A DNA stretch of 58,849 nt. Origin: Catajapyx aquilonaris (Eukaryota). Below are positions 40,301 through 52,041 of the stretch, in pieces; position 1 is the first letter of the stretch; each line of letters begins with the position of its first letter. Below the pieces are notes generated by a model. That model saw only the letters and a program-made list of their open reading frames with translations. It made no database searches and was not told the origin of the DNA. The stretch spans positions 1 to 58,849 of the forward strand of contig JYFJ02002345.1 of the NCBI GenBank assembly GCA_000934665.2, in the 5' to 3' direction. Both the position numbers and the translations under genes were made by a program.

Positions 40301-41375
40301 AGTTCACGGTATAGGATCAGAAATTGCTCATCATCCTGCACCAGCGGCGCAACCTCCTCTGCCTCAGGCCACGGTGATGTCTTAAAATATTCCTCTGTCA
40401 GTTGTGGGTACCTGCCAACAAAAGAATTCCACAGCTGACATAAAATGATGCACATCATGGCTTTCCTTTTCCCTGAGACTCTTCAACATTATGAGGTATG
40501 CACATCAGCACATGTATCACAAAAATACAATGAATAAATTAATCCATAATTTCATGCAATTGCAAGTATTGGTGATTCCTGATATGACATGAATGCTAAA
40601 ATCAAGTCACACTCACGTATTCTCATAGAGGTTCTGTATGTCGAAAAGCGATCCTTCATTGATCATGTCCCGGAAGAAGATGATGAACTTCCTGACGACC
40701 TCTGGCATCTGGAACTGCTGGTATTGCCTCTCATATTCCAGGTCCAGGCGGGGATCACCTGTGTGCAGGTCGTACTCATGGCCGCCGCCGCCGCCACCAC
40801 CACCGTAAGAGTATGAATCATACTGCATAGAGAAAGCAGGCATGATAAGACTATCCATGTGCCACGACAGTATTACAAAACTTACATGTAAGAGAAAAAA
40901 TAAGACACTGCCAAAAACCTCACGAAGACTGACTTGGACTTTTGCAGTAATCATAGCAAAAACTCCTGGTTTTCCAAAGATGCATACATGAATGCTACAT
41001 GCCAAGGTATAAATTAATGGTGTCATAAAAATGGTCAACTAGGCATTAAGATGATGTAATTAATAATGCCCTTTCATTAGATCAGTCTTAATTATGCCCC
41101 CAAAAAACTGCAAATTTCTTAAATTTCCAAGGTCAGGTACATATTGCAATTTTCATCAATTCATCAGTGCACAAAACCATAAAATGAGTCATTCGGAAAT
41201 CATTGCAGAATAGTTGCAGCAGACTATTTCATCAAACTTACAGCACGCACAATTTTTACATCATGTTCTGATATGCTACTGTAGCTCGCGCTTCAAGTTA
41301 GATGTGTGCCAGGATTTATTGTCATGTCACTGAATGAAATAACTTTTTGTGGAATTCATGTGAAGAAATCTTAAC

Positions 41376-41440
<65 letters not shown>

Positions 41441-42598
41441 GTTTTTCATATCCTTATCCTGACTGAGTTGTGAAAATCAGGGTGCAAAACTGGACATCTA
41501 TCAGTTTTTTCACATTTCCACTGGCCATAAGAGGCAATTCAGGATAAACTATTGTTTATCCACACCTTAATCAGGGTTGGGCAGTTTGTTTACGTGGTCG
41601 CCAAGGGCTCGCATTGTTACCGATTGTTACCGTATTTTTTTACTAATGCGCCCCCTTAATGAGGTCAACAATCTGAATATGCATGTGTCCCAATGAAGCA
41701 GACCCTCAAGTGGGCATATCTGGCAATGGGCCAATATGACTCCAGGACCTGTATACTGGCTGAGACCTTCTGCACTCTCGCTCGAGAGCGCGGAGCTGAT
41801 GATGTCAGAATGACATAGGCTGGACCTGGGCTGGGCAGGGGGAAGCAAGCAAGCAAGGTCAGGCAACACCCAGCATATGTCATTTTGACGTCATCGGCTT
41901 CGCACTCTCGAGCCAGAATGCGAAAGTCCTCGGCCAGTATAACCACCCAGGTACACGAATTTAATTATAAAAAATTGCGCGTAACCTACTATTTCTGGAA
42001 AGATAAAAAATTCCTGGACCCCCCAATTTCCTCTTGAAACCCATTGAACACAGGTCTCCTGCTACCAACGTACAATTTTTAAAATGACAATGCACTCCAC
42101 ACTTGCAAACCATACACCAAATAGCAAAGGCGATGATCACTCCCCCAAATAACATGAGCATTCCACACTCCCTGAGCATGACCAAGAATGTGTTTGCCTG
42201 CCACGTCAGAACTCATGCCATAATCTGGCAGCAAACTTGTATGATCATTTCAGATGCCTTTGGTAACGTCATAAGTTCAGACCGTAACACTGTTGTCCTG
42301 CATTGGTCTCCATTTACTGGTCACCAAACCTTACCACCCCATAATTTTCTTCAAAGCCTTTCGGCTAGTCAATTCTAACTTAACAAGCCGCATCACTTGT
42401 CGTCATTCCTGATTCACTTCCAACACACATATTTTCCAGCCCTCTATTCCAAAATATTGAACTCCACCCATGCAAAGAAAGAAGCCATCAGAGAAGAAGA
42501 GTGGAAGAAGGGCCAGCAAACTGTTGTTTCCTCACTTTCTTTACCTCCTCCTGGGGTCCCTCGTCCACCTTCCCTCCCTGCTCGTAACCCTTCTGCAT
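37355..42598 (-). CDS. EIF3L: Eukaryotic translation initiation factor 3 subunit L
   Basis: Exons 42598-42545 ([18 protein letters not shown], inferred from phase and context), 40822-40617, 40411-40103, 39945-39642, 38867-38460, 38334-38092 and 37489-37355. Conserved [41 protein letters not shown] and [29 protein letters not shown]. Confidence 0.96.
37589..37810 (+). mobile_element. Old, degenerate tRNA-derived SINE related to the 58510 element
   Basis: Decayed B box GGTTTGACCCC. Shares the blocks GAGTTGGG(T/C)CATCT, CCACC(T/C)GGGG and TTGCAC(C/A)TCCCCT with 58604-58719. Lies antisense in the last eIF3L intron. Confidence 0.6.
41375..41436. repeat. (AAT)n microsatellite
   Basis: Pure AAT run in eIF3L intron 1. 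Confidence 0.95.
41754..41939. mobile_element. TA-flanked MITE with ~70-bp inverted arms
   Basis: Arms 41752-41823 and 41870-41941 (TATACTGGC...GCTGG / CCAGC...GCCAGTATA), with TA on both flanks. Confidence 0.75.
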
Positions 42599-42699
42599 CC
42601 TTCAAGCCTCCTTCAGCCGAAACAATCTAAAAAGACACAACACCCGGGACCGTATGGAACAGACACGCGTCCTGCCTGCCTGCCTGGTGGTGCTAGGCC

Positions 42700-42843
42700 T
42701 AGCGCCGTCTGGTGGCCCACATTTGCCAAGCGCCATCTCCTTAATTTCCTGCACATTAACTTTAATTCTATTTTGTGTATGCAGGGTGTTGCATGTTTAG
42801 ATTATTAATAATTAAAGCCGATTAATATCGCGCCATCTGGAGG
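42700..42843 (-). promoter_or_regulatory. Cluster of CTCF-like motifs upstream of the inferred eIF3L start
   Basis: Minus strand GGCCACCAGACGGCGCTA (42700-42717), AGATGGCGCT (42729-42738) and CCTCCAGATGGCGC (42830-42843). Confidence 0.45.
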
Positions 42844-43595
42844 TGGATGATTCAACGACCAGCCGGCAGTTGGTGTGACGTCACTCATATTGTGCTGGTT
42901 GCACTCGTGCTTACCGCCTTGTCCAGTGTCCACTATAATTGTCCAGCGTTCGTTTGTGACCAACCAGGTCGGGTCGGATGAAGGCCAGATGTCCAGGCAT
43001 GTATCTCATGTTGGGGCTTAATCGGACTGTCACACTCAGGCCGCGCAAATGTTCAGGGAATAACGGTACCACACGGTACACATGGTACATTGCCATGTTC
43101 CTCTGAATATATTGTCATGTTCTGTCAGCATGTGCTGGATGCTGGACATTCAGGACATTGCCAATTATACCTTCAACGGTATGTGTACTCAGCAGAGTTT
43201 GTACATGTACCGTCTGAACGCCTGGTTTCTGAACGGTTTTTCCCCCGGAACTTTCCCTGAACATGCATGCGTTTACTAGGGTCATGATCAAGCCTTTCAT
43301 GTTTTGAGTGTCACTTGCAGTTTGAATATGTTTTGCTGGTATTAATTCCATATTCACATTTATTCAGCAGCCAGCTTCTGGACCAGCGCCATTGGCATCA
43401 GCAACTGCCATACACGTACAACATCGCCGAGAGTGCTTGAACCCTGGTTGGATGTGCAGGACGTAGGTCCCCAACACTTTGCATGCTAAGGTATGTCTCT
43501 TTTACAGAAGTCAGCAGTCACCTTGTCCAGCCACAATAACTTAAAACTGATTGCACTTTCGTATTAACAAGAGCTAATAACTCTCTTGGTATTAA

Positions 43596-43987
43596 GGGTG
43601 GGATAAAGGTCCTGGCACTTATGGAGGTTGACATGATAAATGTCGGGCCTAATACCTCCATAATTACTGAACAGAATGATATGAAATTTTAGACACAACA
43701 CGACACAACAACCCTTGTCACGGCTATGTTGAGCGAAACCTGTTTTAGGGATTCAGTTAATTATGAAAGCCACGAAACTGAGAGGAATTTGAAGGCATGT
43801 GAGGAAATAATGTCCTATGAAGAATAAGGACCAAATGAGCAAAATGGCTCAACATATAGCCGCGACAAGGGTTGTTGTGTCGTGTTGTGTCAAAAATTTC
43901 ATGTCATTCTGTTCAGTAATTACGGAGTTATTTGGCCCGACATTTAACATGTCAACCTCCATAAGCGCCGGGACCTTTATCCCACCC
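43596..43987. mobile_element. TTAA-flanked MITE (Kolobok-like GG..CC termini) with ~140-bp arms
   Basis: TTAA|GGGTGGGATAAAGGTCC ... GGACCTTTATCCCACCC|TTAA. Arms 43596-43734 and 43847-43987. Confidence 0.88.
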
Positions 43988-44423
43988 TTAATCAAGTGTA
44001 TTTCTGAATAAATGGAGTACCCAGCATTACCCGAGGAAAGAAAAGTTGCAGTTTGACTCAATTTAAGGCAACTGAAACGTTAGCTACTGAAATGCTGGTA
44101 GTTGCTGGCTGAGGGTCATTAGCCTGTATCATCTGTAAGATGTAGTGTGTGTACGAGGCTCTTGATAAATATTTTTACAATCTGTGTTGTGTCCTGCCAT
44201 GCTTCCTTTCCCACAGTTGGATTTTAAATGCGTGAAAAAAAATTTGCTGTGTAGGTCACTTGTATGCTAGTGAAATAACGTATTATTTGCACCCATAAAA
44301 CCTGGACTTCCCCGAGATAAAGGGTTTGTCAAATAGTTTAAATTGGGATATGGAGTGGTTTACAATAATTGTGCTTCATGAGTGGGTGTTTCCATTGTGT
44401 AAGTGAACATAATCCATTTGAAT

Positions 44424-44797
<374 letters not shown>

Positions 44798-44881
44798 TCC
44801 ATTTGAATAGAATATTTCTAAAATTGGATTTGCCACATTTAGCCTTGTCTTGTGACCTAAAAATTAATATCTTAATTACAG

Positions 44882-45958
44882 ATGCCTGCACGATGTTGCA
44901 TCCCTGGATGTAGGTCCAATTACAACCCTAAAGGCGGGTACACATCGGTTTTCAATCTTCCCAAAGATAAACAGCGCCGTGCCCAATGGAACTCAAAGAT
45001 ACAGTGGGGTGACTACATTCCAGGAAAATATACAGTAGTGTGTGTGAAGCATTTTGATGAAAGATTCATTTTGCGTGAAGAGCAGGTGACGACGGTTGAT
45101 GGGACTGTTCTTGTCGTGCCACGTGACAGGGCAACATTAACATCTGACGCTTATCCCACAATTTTTCCAAACGGGCCATCACATTGTTTGATTGTACCAT
45201 CACCGAAAAGAGAATCTGCAGAAAGAGTAAATGAACAAGAGCCAAGTGACAAGGAAGCCTTCCTGAAATGGTGTGCTGATGATGTTATTACTTCATTTGA
45301 GACTTTTCAAGGAAGAGTGAAAGATTCATTTAAGCCTGGATGGCATTGCAAGAGTTATGAAGGATACATGCTGCTCTACAAACTTGCTGTTACTGATTGC
45401 CCCAAACTTGTTGCCTCATTAAAAGTAGCAAATGATTTTACTGTTAAAATGTACTATGATAATATTCCTGTTGATGTTAAATCACTTGTATGGATGCTTG
45501 GCAAGGAGCTCAAATGTGATCGGTGGACCAAGTTTGATAACATGTTAAACCTTCTTGATACCTACACTTTAAAGGATGTTTCAGTTCATGACAAATTGTC
45601 ACATGCAGTTAATCTCGTTAAGGATTGTTGCCTTGAGGAGGATGATGAAAATAGGGAAAAGACTGAATTGAGAAATAAGTTGGAGTTCATTGCTGAACAG
45701 ACGCATCTTGCTTTTACAAAGAAGCCCAGGTACAGTCCAGATATGTTACGCTGGTCAGAAAAGCTATTCTTCAGTTACCCAGCTGCTTATGAAATGTTGC
45801 GAGAAAGTGCTTCACTCTCATTGCCCACCAAAAATTACCTGAAAAAGACATCTTCAAATGTGAGTTCAAAGTCTGATGTGAATAGGCAGGTTGCCTCCCT
45901 GAACAAGAAAGAATGTGAAATATTTTCAGAACTTGGAAAAATTGTTAATCGCACCTAA
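44882..45958 (+). CDS. THAP zinc-finger protein (358 aa) resembling the N-terminal part of a P-superfamily transposase
   Basis: C2CH THAP: CCIPGC..FNLPKD..W..VCVKHF..AYPTIFP. C-terminal RYSPDMLRW..PAAYEMLR..LSLP is typical of the region preceding the P-transposase catalytic core. Acceptor TTACAG immediately precedes the ATG, and AATAAA is near 46050. Confidence 0.88.
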   Translation: MPARCCIPGCRSNYNPKGGYTSVFNLPKDKQRRAQWNSKIQWGDYIPGKYTVVCVKHFDERFILREEQVTTVDGTVLVVPRDRATLTSDAYPTIFPNGPSHCLIVPSPKRESAERVNEQEPSDKEAFLKWCADDVITSFETFQGRVKDSFKPGWHCKSYEGYMLLYKLAVTDCPKLVASLKVANDFTVKMYYDNIPVDVKSLVWMLGKELKCDRWTKFDNMLNLLDTYTLKDVSVHDKLSHAVNLVKDCCLEEDDENREKTELRNKLEFIAEQTHLAFTKKPRYSPDMLRWSEKLFFSYPAAYEMLRESASLSLPTKNYLKKTSSNVSSKSDVNRQVASLNKKECEIFSELGKIVNRT

Positions 45959-46918
45959 GTGAAAATAAGATGTTATACAATATGTTATGTACCGAGTTCA
46001 AATTGTTATATTTTTTCCTAGCTGTTGTTTCACATAAGATGTCTGAGCAAATAAAAACCTACATTGAGATCCTCAGTAGTGAATAATTCATTCTACACCT
46101 TATGCACTTTAACAGGTAGTAAGTGCTGCATGATCATCAGGAACTACACTCGTCAAGGTCATGAATTTTAATCTTACATTTCTCTTAAGCTTTTGTGATA
46201 AACTTGTTTTCTTTGAAGGAATATTTAGTCCTCTAACTTCTGCATAACCCCTGATGGAACTTGAAGCACAGGATCATAGTGATCCCCTGTTCATAGGCAT
46301 GGTAATAATTTAACCCTAGGTGTAGAGTTCAGCTGACCAAGGTTGATACCATCTTGCGGATTGAGAATGTTTGAAAATGTCAGATGTAATGGAGAAGGAA
46401 AAAGTGCTTTGGAACTGTTGGAGGAAGTCAGGCTTGCAGCTACTTGCGATTCAACATCAGGGAGTGAGTCAGAGGGAAAGGGACTACTACCATATGGATG
46501 TATAGTGATTGTGTCTTTCCAAAAACTTCAAAACAAGGGAAGGAAGGAAGAAATGCCAGGGGACTAGGATATCAAACTCAAGTACTATATTTCAACATGT
46601 CGTCCAGCAGGACGGCTACAGGGAAACTTTCGGATTCCAAAACAAACTTTGGAAACTTCCAATTAACAGTTACATAGCAACCATCTCAATTCCACAGTGC
46701 AAGCAACAGTGAACATTCCCATTGCCAGGACTTGGACACTACAGTATGGTTGAAAGGTAACCAATTCTACCTAGACTGAATAATTTTTGTACTGATAACA
46801 CGTATTTTTAGATCCTGATAGGGATCACAAACAGTACAGTAGATATAGTGGGCCCCCTGGAATTACCACAGGACCCATGACGTGATGCGAAAAATGACAG
46901 TTTTTATCTAAATATCAA

Positions 46919-49900
46919 TCAGCATAAGTTACCTTGCCTGCAGTAGTCATGCTCTCCTGACTGGCCCTTAGGTATACACGACTTGATAGGTTTCCCCCTT
47001 TCTTTAGTCAAAGAACTAGCACTGATGTTCTTATGCATCTCACCGCGTTCAACTCGGCCAGAAAAAGACTTGAAAAATGCTGCAGCATCCTTTGCAGATG
47101 ACGCAGATTTTTGGTATTCCTCATAGAAGTACTTGAAGGCTTGAAGTAATTCACCTCCATTACAGCCTGCTTGATTGTAGAGCTTCAGTACATCATCTCT
47201 GAATGAGTCCAGTACTTCCCTAACTTCACTAGCTTGCAACAATGGTCTCGTAATGGCAGTATCAGCAGTTTGACCTGTTGCAATCCACTTCAATTTTCTA
47301 CACATTTCGTCATCTAGTTGCACTTGACAGTTTGCAACAGTAGCAGAAGCAACTGCATCAAGGTGACTACAAGGATGTCCCATTGCACCAACAATGCAGT
47401 CACAAGAACCAGCATCTACAGCCACATAATTAAAACCATGCGCTGATTTCACTTGATACAAGCACTCACCAAAGCGACACATCTCCAGGTTTCCCTTTTG
47501 AAACCCAGCTAACTGTCCAGTAGCTATAGACAGCAAATGCTTTGCAAAATAACCGTCCAGGTCATTCAAAGTAAAGTTGAGAAGGTCTAAAACGTTCATG
47601 GTTCGAGTCTGTCGTGACATGTGGCATTCCAGTAGTGCAGCAGTAGCTATGGCCATAGTTTCAGAACCATCAGGTATTTGCAAAGAGTCTAGATGCAATC
47701 CAGAGAGAAACTGTATCCAATGAGGGTACTTTTCTGCCACAGGACTTTTGAGGACATCACTGTAAGCACATCGGAAAGCATCTGGAGTACTAGAATGCAC
47801 AGTTTTGGACACAGACAAGTAGAGTTCCAGAAGGTCACACCCATCCACCTTATTCCTTTCATCCAAAAGCCACTTCCAGGCTACTTGGCAAGTCTGTGAC
47901 TGACCTTGGATGGTGGAATGCGGAAAGCAAGTTTGGATTGGATGCATTGCTGTCCAGTTAGATTCTGCAGTTTGCGTAGGGTGACTGGAGTTACACTCTA
48001 TTTCAGGATTTGCTGCATGGTTTCCTTCAAGTTCATCATTATGCATACACTGATTTCCATCCAGGGATGTGACAATAGCATAAATGGTGTTGGGCGTTTC
48101 CTCTTGTGAATCCTGGACAAAATGGCATTCTTCTGTCTCCAGCATCTGCCCGTGGCAGCCATCAATAGATGAGTACATTTCCTGCATGTCAGGAGGACCT
48201 GCGATTGAAGAAAATTCATCACAATACGTGCTACAATATACGGACTGGGATCGTTCAAGCGAAGTTCCATTTTGGACGGGATGGCCCTTCTTCTCCCTTC
48301 TCTTGGTAACATGAGAGCTCTCTAAAGTGGTGCCACTGTGAGCAGAACAACACTTTTCAAGCGATGAATCCACTACTATTGAACTAGGAAACTTCTGTCC
48401 ACCGAATGCTCCTGGTGACAAAGAATCAAGAAAGTTCTTGAGTGCAGCCATTATCATCTTTGCGTCTGCCCCAGAATTCACCACTAGTGCTCCTAAAGGT
48501 AACTTTCCTACTGGAGAATCCACCAACATCATCACCAATTCACAGTCTTGCCTGCTCGATACTTTGAGGTACATCCTTTCTCCTGAAGTCGGCAGCGAGT
48601 GAACCCGGTCCATCAATGGTGTCCGCAGCCAAGTGTAGAACCCATCTGGAATAACCCCTGCACCCACCGCTTGGCCCTTCATCTGGCATTCATTTGCCCA
48701 AGTCAGTAAATCCTGAGGTACATTCCTCCTCACCCTGTTAGCTGACATGGAGTAGTAGAGGCGGTACACCCATTTCTTGTCAGGACAGATGGCTCTATCT
48801 ACCTTAACCTGGGTGTAATCATCGCCATGTTCTTCCATAAGCTCCAACTGGTGCATTTTCATGGCCTCAATGGGACTCAAGCCAGCAGAGAAGAAGTGGC
48901 AAAAGCGATTCCGAACCTTGTCAGAAACATCACGGAACTTGAGCTCAGAAGGTGTGTTTATCAAATGATTGTGCTCCCCCTTCAAGCACACCACTGTTGG
49001 ATGAGTAGATAAATATTTATCCTTGGATCTGGAATGCAAGAATGAAATTAGCAATAGCTCAGTGCACTGAAATATACCTCATTACAATATAAATAGTGGT
49101 AGGTTCCATTCCCGCCAAAGAAAAAATTCTCAACAAAGAAGTCTCTGAATGTTTTTACTGCAAAATGATAATTACGTTCATTGACCTTGATTTTTAAACA
49201 CATCGGTAACTCTTTCACCTGTTTCTTGCATGGAGGACTTTAATGGTAACATCCATGGTGACAGGGCATCCAGTGTGCTTGGCTGCAGGTTTTTTTGTGC
49301 TGTGGAGCTGAGGGACAGTGTTGCGATGGCAGCGGTAAGTTCCCTGTTGAGAGATATTTACAAGAAAATATTGAAACTTGCAGCAAAAATACATTTTGTG
49401 GACGACAGCTGATGGTCGTACTGTGCTGAACTATCAAATTACCTTAAACTTCACATATTTCCCATTGAATGGCCTAGTCCTAAGCACCCTGAAGGTGGCC
49501 CCACTCTTCTTCTGAAATTCAGCAAGCCATCCATTGAATTCCTCTTTAGAATGAATCTGAAGGCGAAGCTTCAGTTCTGTGTTTGGGGGACCTCTCTGGT
49601 GAACCACTTTACAAGAGACTCCAGCCGGCATCTGAGAAAGTGACATAGACATAAAATCTCACAGTGAGTGTATTGGACACATGTAGGCAACATGCATACT
49701 AAACAAGAATAGCAAAAGCAAGCCAACTTTGTTAGCACAGACAACAAGCAGATCATCTTTGATTTGTGCTAATATGTTTTACATTCAATTTTTTAATTGA
49801 CAAGTAAGAGTTTGCTAAAAACATTTCTAACATAATCATATGCACATGAGGAGTGCAAATGAAGAGTTCATGCAAAAGATTTTAAGGATTCAGAATTATT

Positions 49901-51394
49901 AATCTTTATACAGACTTCGCATTTAAAATCTCGAAAGGATTCTAGTGCAACATCGGAAAAGCTATTCTCATAAGATGCACAAACTTTTCTCCCACTAAAT
50001 TATTTCCCCTTTAACTCAGTAATCAAAGTTGCAAGTGAATTAATTTTAGCAGACTGTACCACTCTGTTGTTTGCATTTTGCAATTTCCAATCTACACTTT
50101 GTGATGAGTTTGCTGCTTTCTTACAAGAATATTGTTGGAGTTGTTCTGCATTTTCCTGGGACTTGGGTTCAGAAAGTAAGAATGTTCCATAGGTGAAGTG
50201 TATGATGCATTAGATGCTCCAGGTTGTGTTCTTCCAGCACTTGGGCAAAGATCATCTGTTGCATCCATAAGATCAGCCACATTTTCTGGTTCAGGTTGAA
50301 GCTCGGTTTGAAGTCTCTTATTCCGTGGACCTGCAGGAGTCTATAAAAATTGGTTGTTGTTGAAACTCGGTTATCACACTTGTGAATTCATTAGGCACCA
50401 TCATTTTTAAGCAGTTAAACTGGCTTATTATTGAAGTTCTGTATTAGTAAAGTGTATAAAACTAGTTCCCACAAACTAAAAATGTTCAAATGAACTTTAA
50501 ATTTATTCTTCATTATATACAATACACATCACTATGGGTTAGATAAATGCATTTCCCTGTTTTTAGCAGATCATACAATGTAATTACCACACATTTAAGT
50601 GGTTCAAGGTTGTAACTAACCTTTTTTATTTTGTTGTCAGGAAAGTAACATTTTAAAATTCTGCTCGTGAATGCTCACATTTGACTTAATTTGATTAAAA
50701 CATGAATTTAACTGGTTATCCCATTGGTTATGGTATATTAAAGTACCGTATATTAATAAATATATTAAAGACCTTCCAGTACAATACAGGACCTAATTCA
50801 GCTGGTCTCACCACGGAACCAAAATAATAACAATTGATACACTCTCTTGCATTGTAACTACATCTCGCAGCTTACAGAGAAATGGGCCCAAATTTACAGC
50901 ATCCATTACAAAATATTTGTCACCTTTACTAGATGTTCTGGGAAGTTAAAAATGGTAGGTACGCAACCATCCTTCAGCTGACGCCGATTGACATATTTTG
51001 GAAGAAAGCAATCCTCTTCGAAATGGTCGGAACAAAGACAATGATACTGCGTAGGTTTGAAGTTTTCACGTCTCACTTGCTTCACCCACTCTGCACACAG
51101 ACTTTCATTTTTTAACGGAAACCTGAAAATTTAGCAATGGGGGTTTTAATCAGCTGTGTACATACACATATCGTCGTACTGTGGTAGTACCATAATGCAT
51201 AATATTAATCAACTGTAATAATTAGCCTGTGATTGTATAGGTCTGAGGTAATTTTTAAAATTTACACAGTATTAACAGTATTGAAGTAATAAAGTGAGAA
51301 ATAATGAATAGGCCAACTTCTCTTACTTGTGATATGTTCTTGATGACGCTTTGTCGAAGACATTATGGCAGTTGTAAGCAGCACAGGACTTCAT
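46919..51394 (-). CDS. THAP + WRKY/GCM1-like + degenerate MULE + SWIM zinc-finger protein (~968 aa if fully spliced)
   Basis: In-frame GT-AG exons 51394-51327, 51122-50924, 50340-50125, 49631-49443, 49343-49219 and 49028-46919. THAP: MKSCAAYNC..KFPLK..W..RENFKPT..LCSDHFEEDCF..CVPTIF. WRKY/GCM1-like: YRCH..KHTGCP..HNH. SWIM: CDCIVGAMGHPCSH. Confidence 0.8.
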
Positions 51395-51699
51395 ATTTCC
51401 ATAGCACCACCAAAATTACTCCGGTAAAATGGCGAGCCATTGGTCCACTTGATCTGTGCAAAGTAGCTGTGTTGATAGAGCGGCCATGGGCAGTTCTATG
51501 AGATGTCTACAAGTCCCTATCACATCTTGAAAGTACGTGCAGGCTGACATCTTGGGACAGTGGTGCCAACATGACTGAACGAGTGACAATCGGCGGATGA
51601 TCCTGTAAAATCATTTGGTAAAATGACATTATTTTGAGCTGTAGAATTAATCGTGTTTAAATTCAAAATGTAAATTGTAAATCAGACATTGCAGAACTT

Positions 51700-52041
51700 C
51701 AACTGTGCGCCACATGGCGCCCCGTGTCGACCGCTTCTCGAACCTCATTTTAACTAGTGATTTGTCTAATAAAAAAACGGCTATTTGTAATAGCTATTCG
51801 AACAGCCGAAGAAGAACAGAAAGGCTGCTACTGCTCCTGTTCTTGACTTCTTGTCTCCTTCGAACCTTCTTCTCTCATCTGTCGTCTCTTTTGGCCTCCT
51901 CTGGTCACCACAGCCTCTCTTCAAACCTCCCCCCGCAATCTTTGCCGTTCTACATCTGTCTGTGCCTGGTCTGCCTGACCTTTTCCCGTCTAAATAACCC
52001 ACCGTGACGACGCAACCATTCCCCGCCCCGGGGACCGCAAG
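51700..52041. promoter_or_regulatory. Probable bidirectional promoter (THAP-SWIM gene / MED31)
   Basis: GC- and CpG-richer stretch between the head-to-head 5' ends of the two genes. Confidence 0.5.

Noticed and set aside
42900..43500. Cys/His-rich ORF fragments upstream of eIF3L
   Set aside because: Stops in all frames and no recognisable motif. Possibly a decayed element or UTR exons.
46200..46800. Possible continuation of the P-transposase downstream of the THAP ORF
   Set aside because: No catalytic-domain motifs recognised in the short ORFs.
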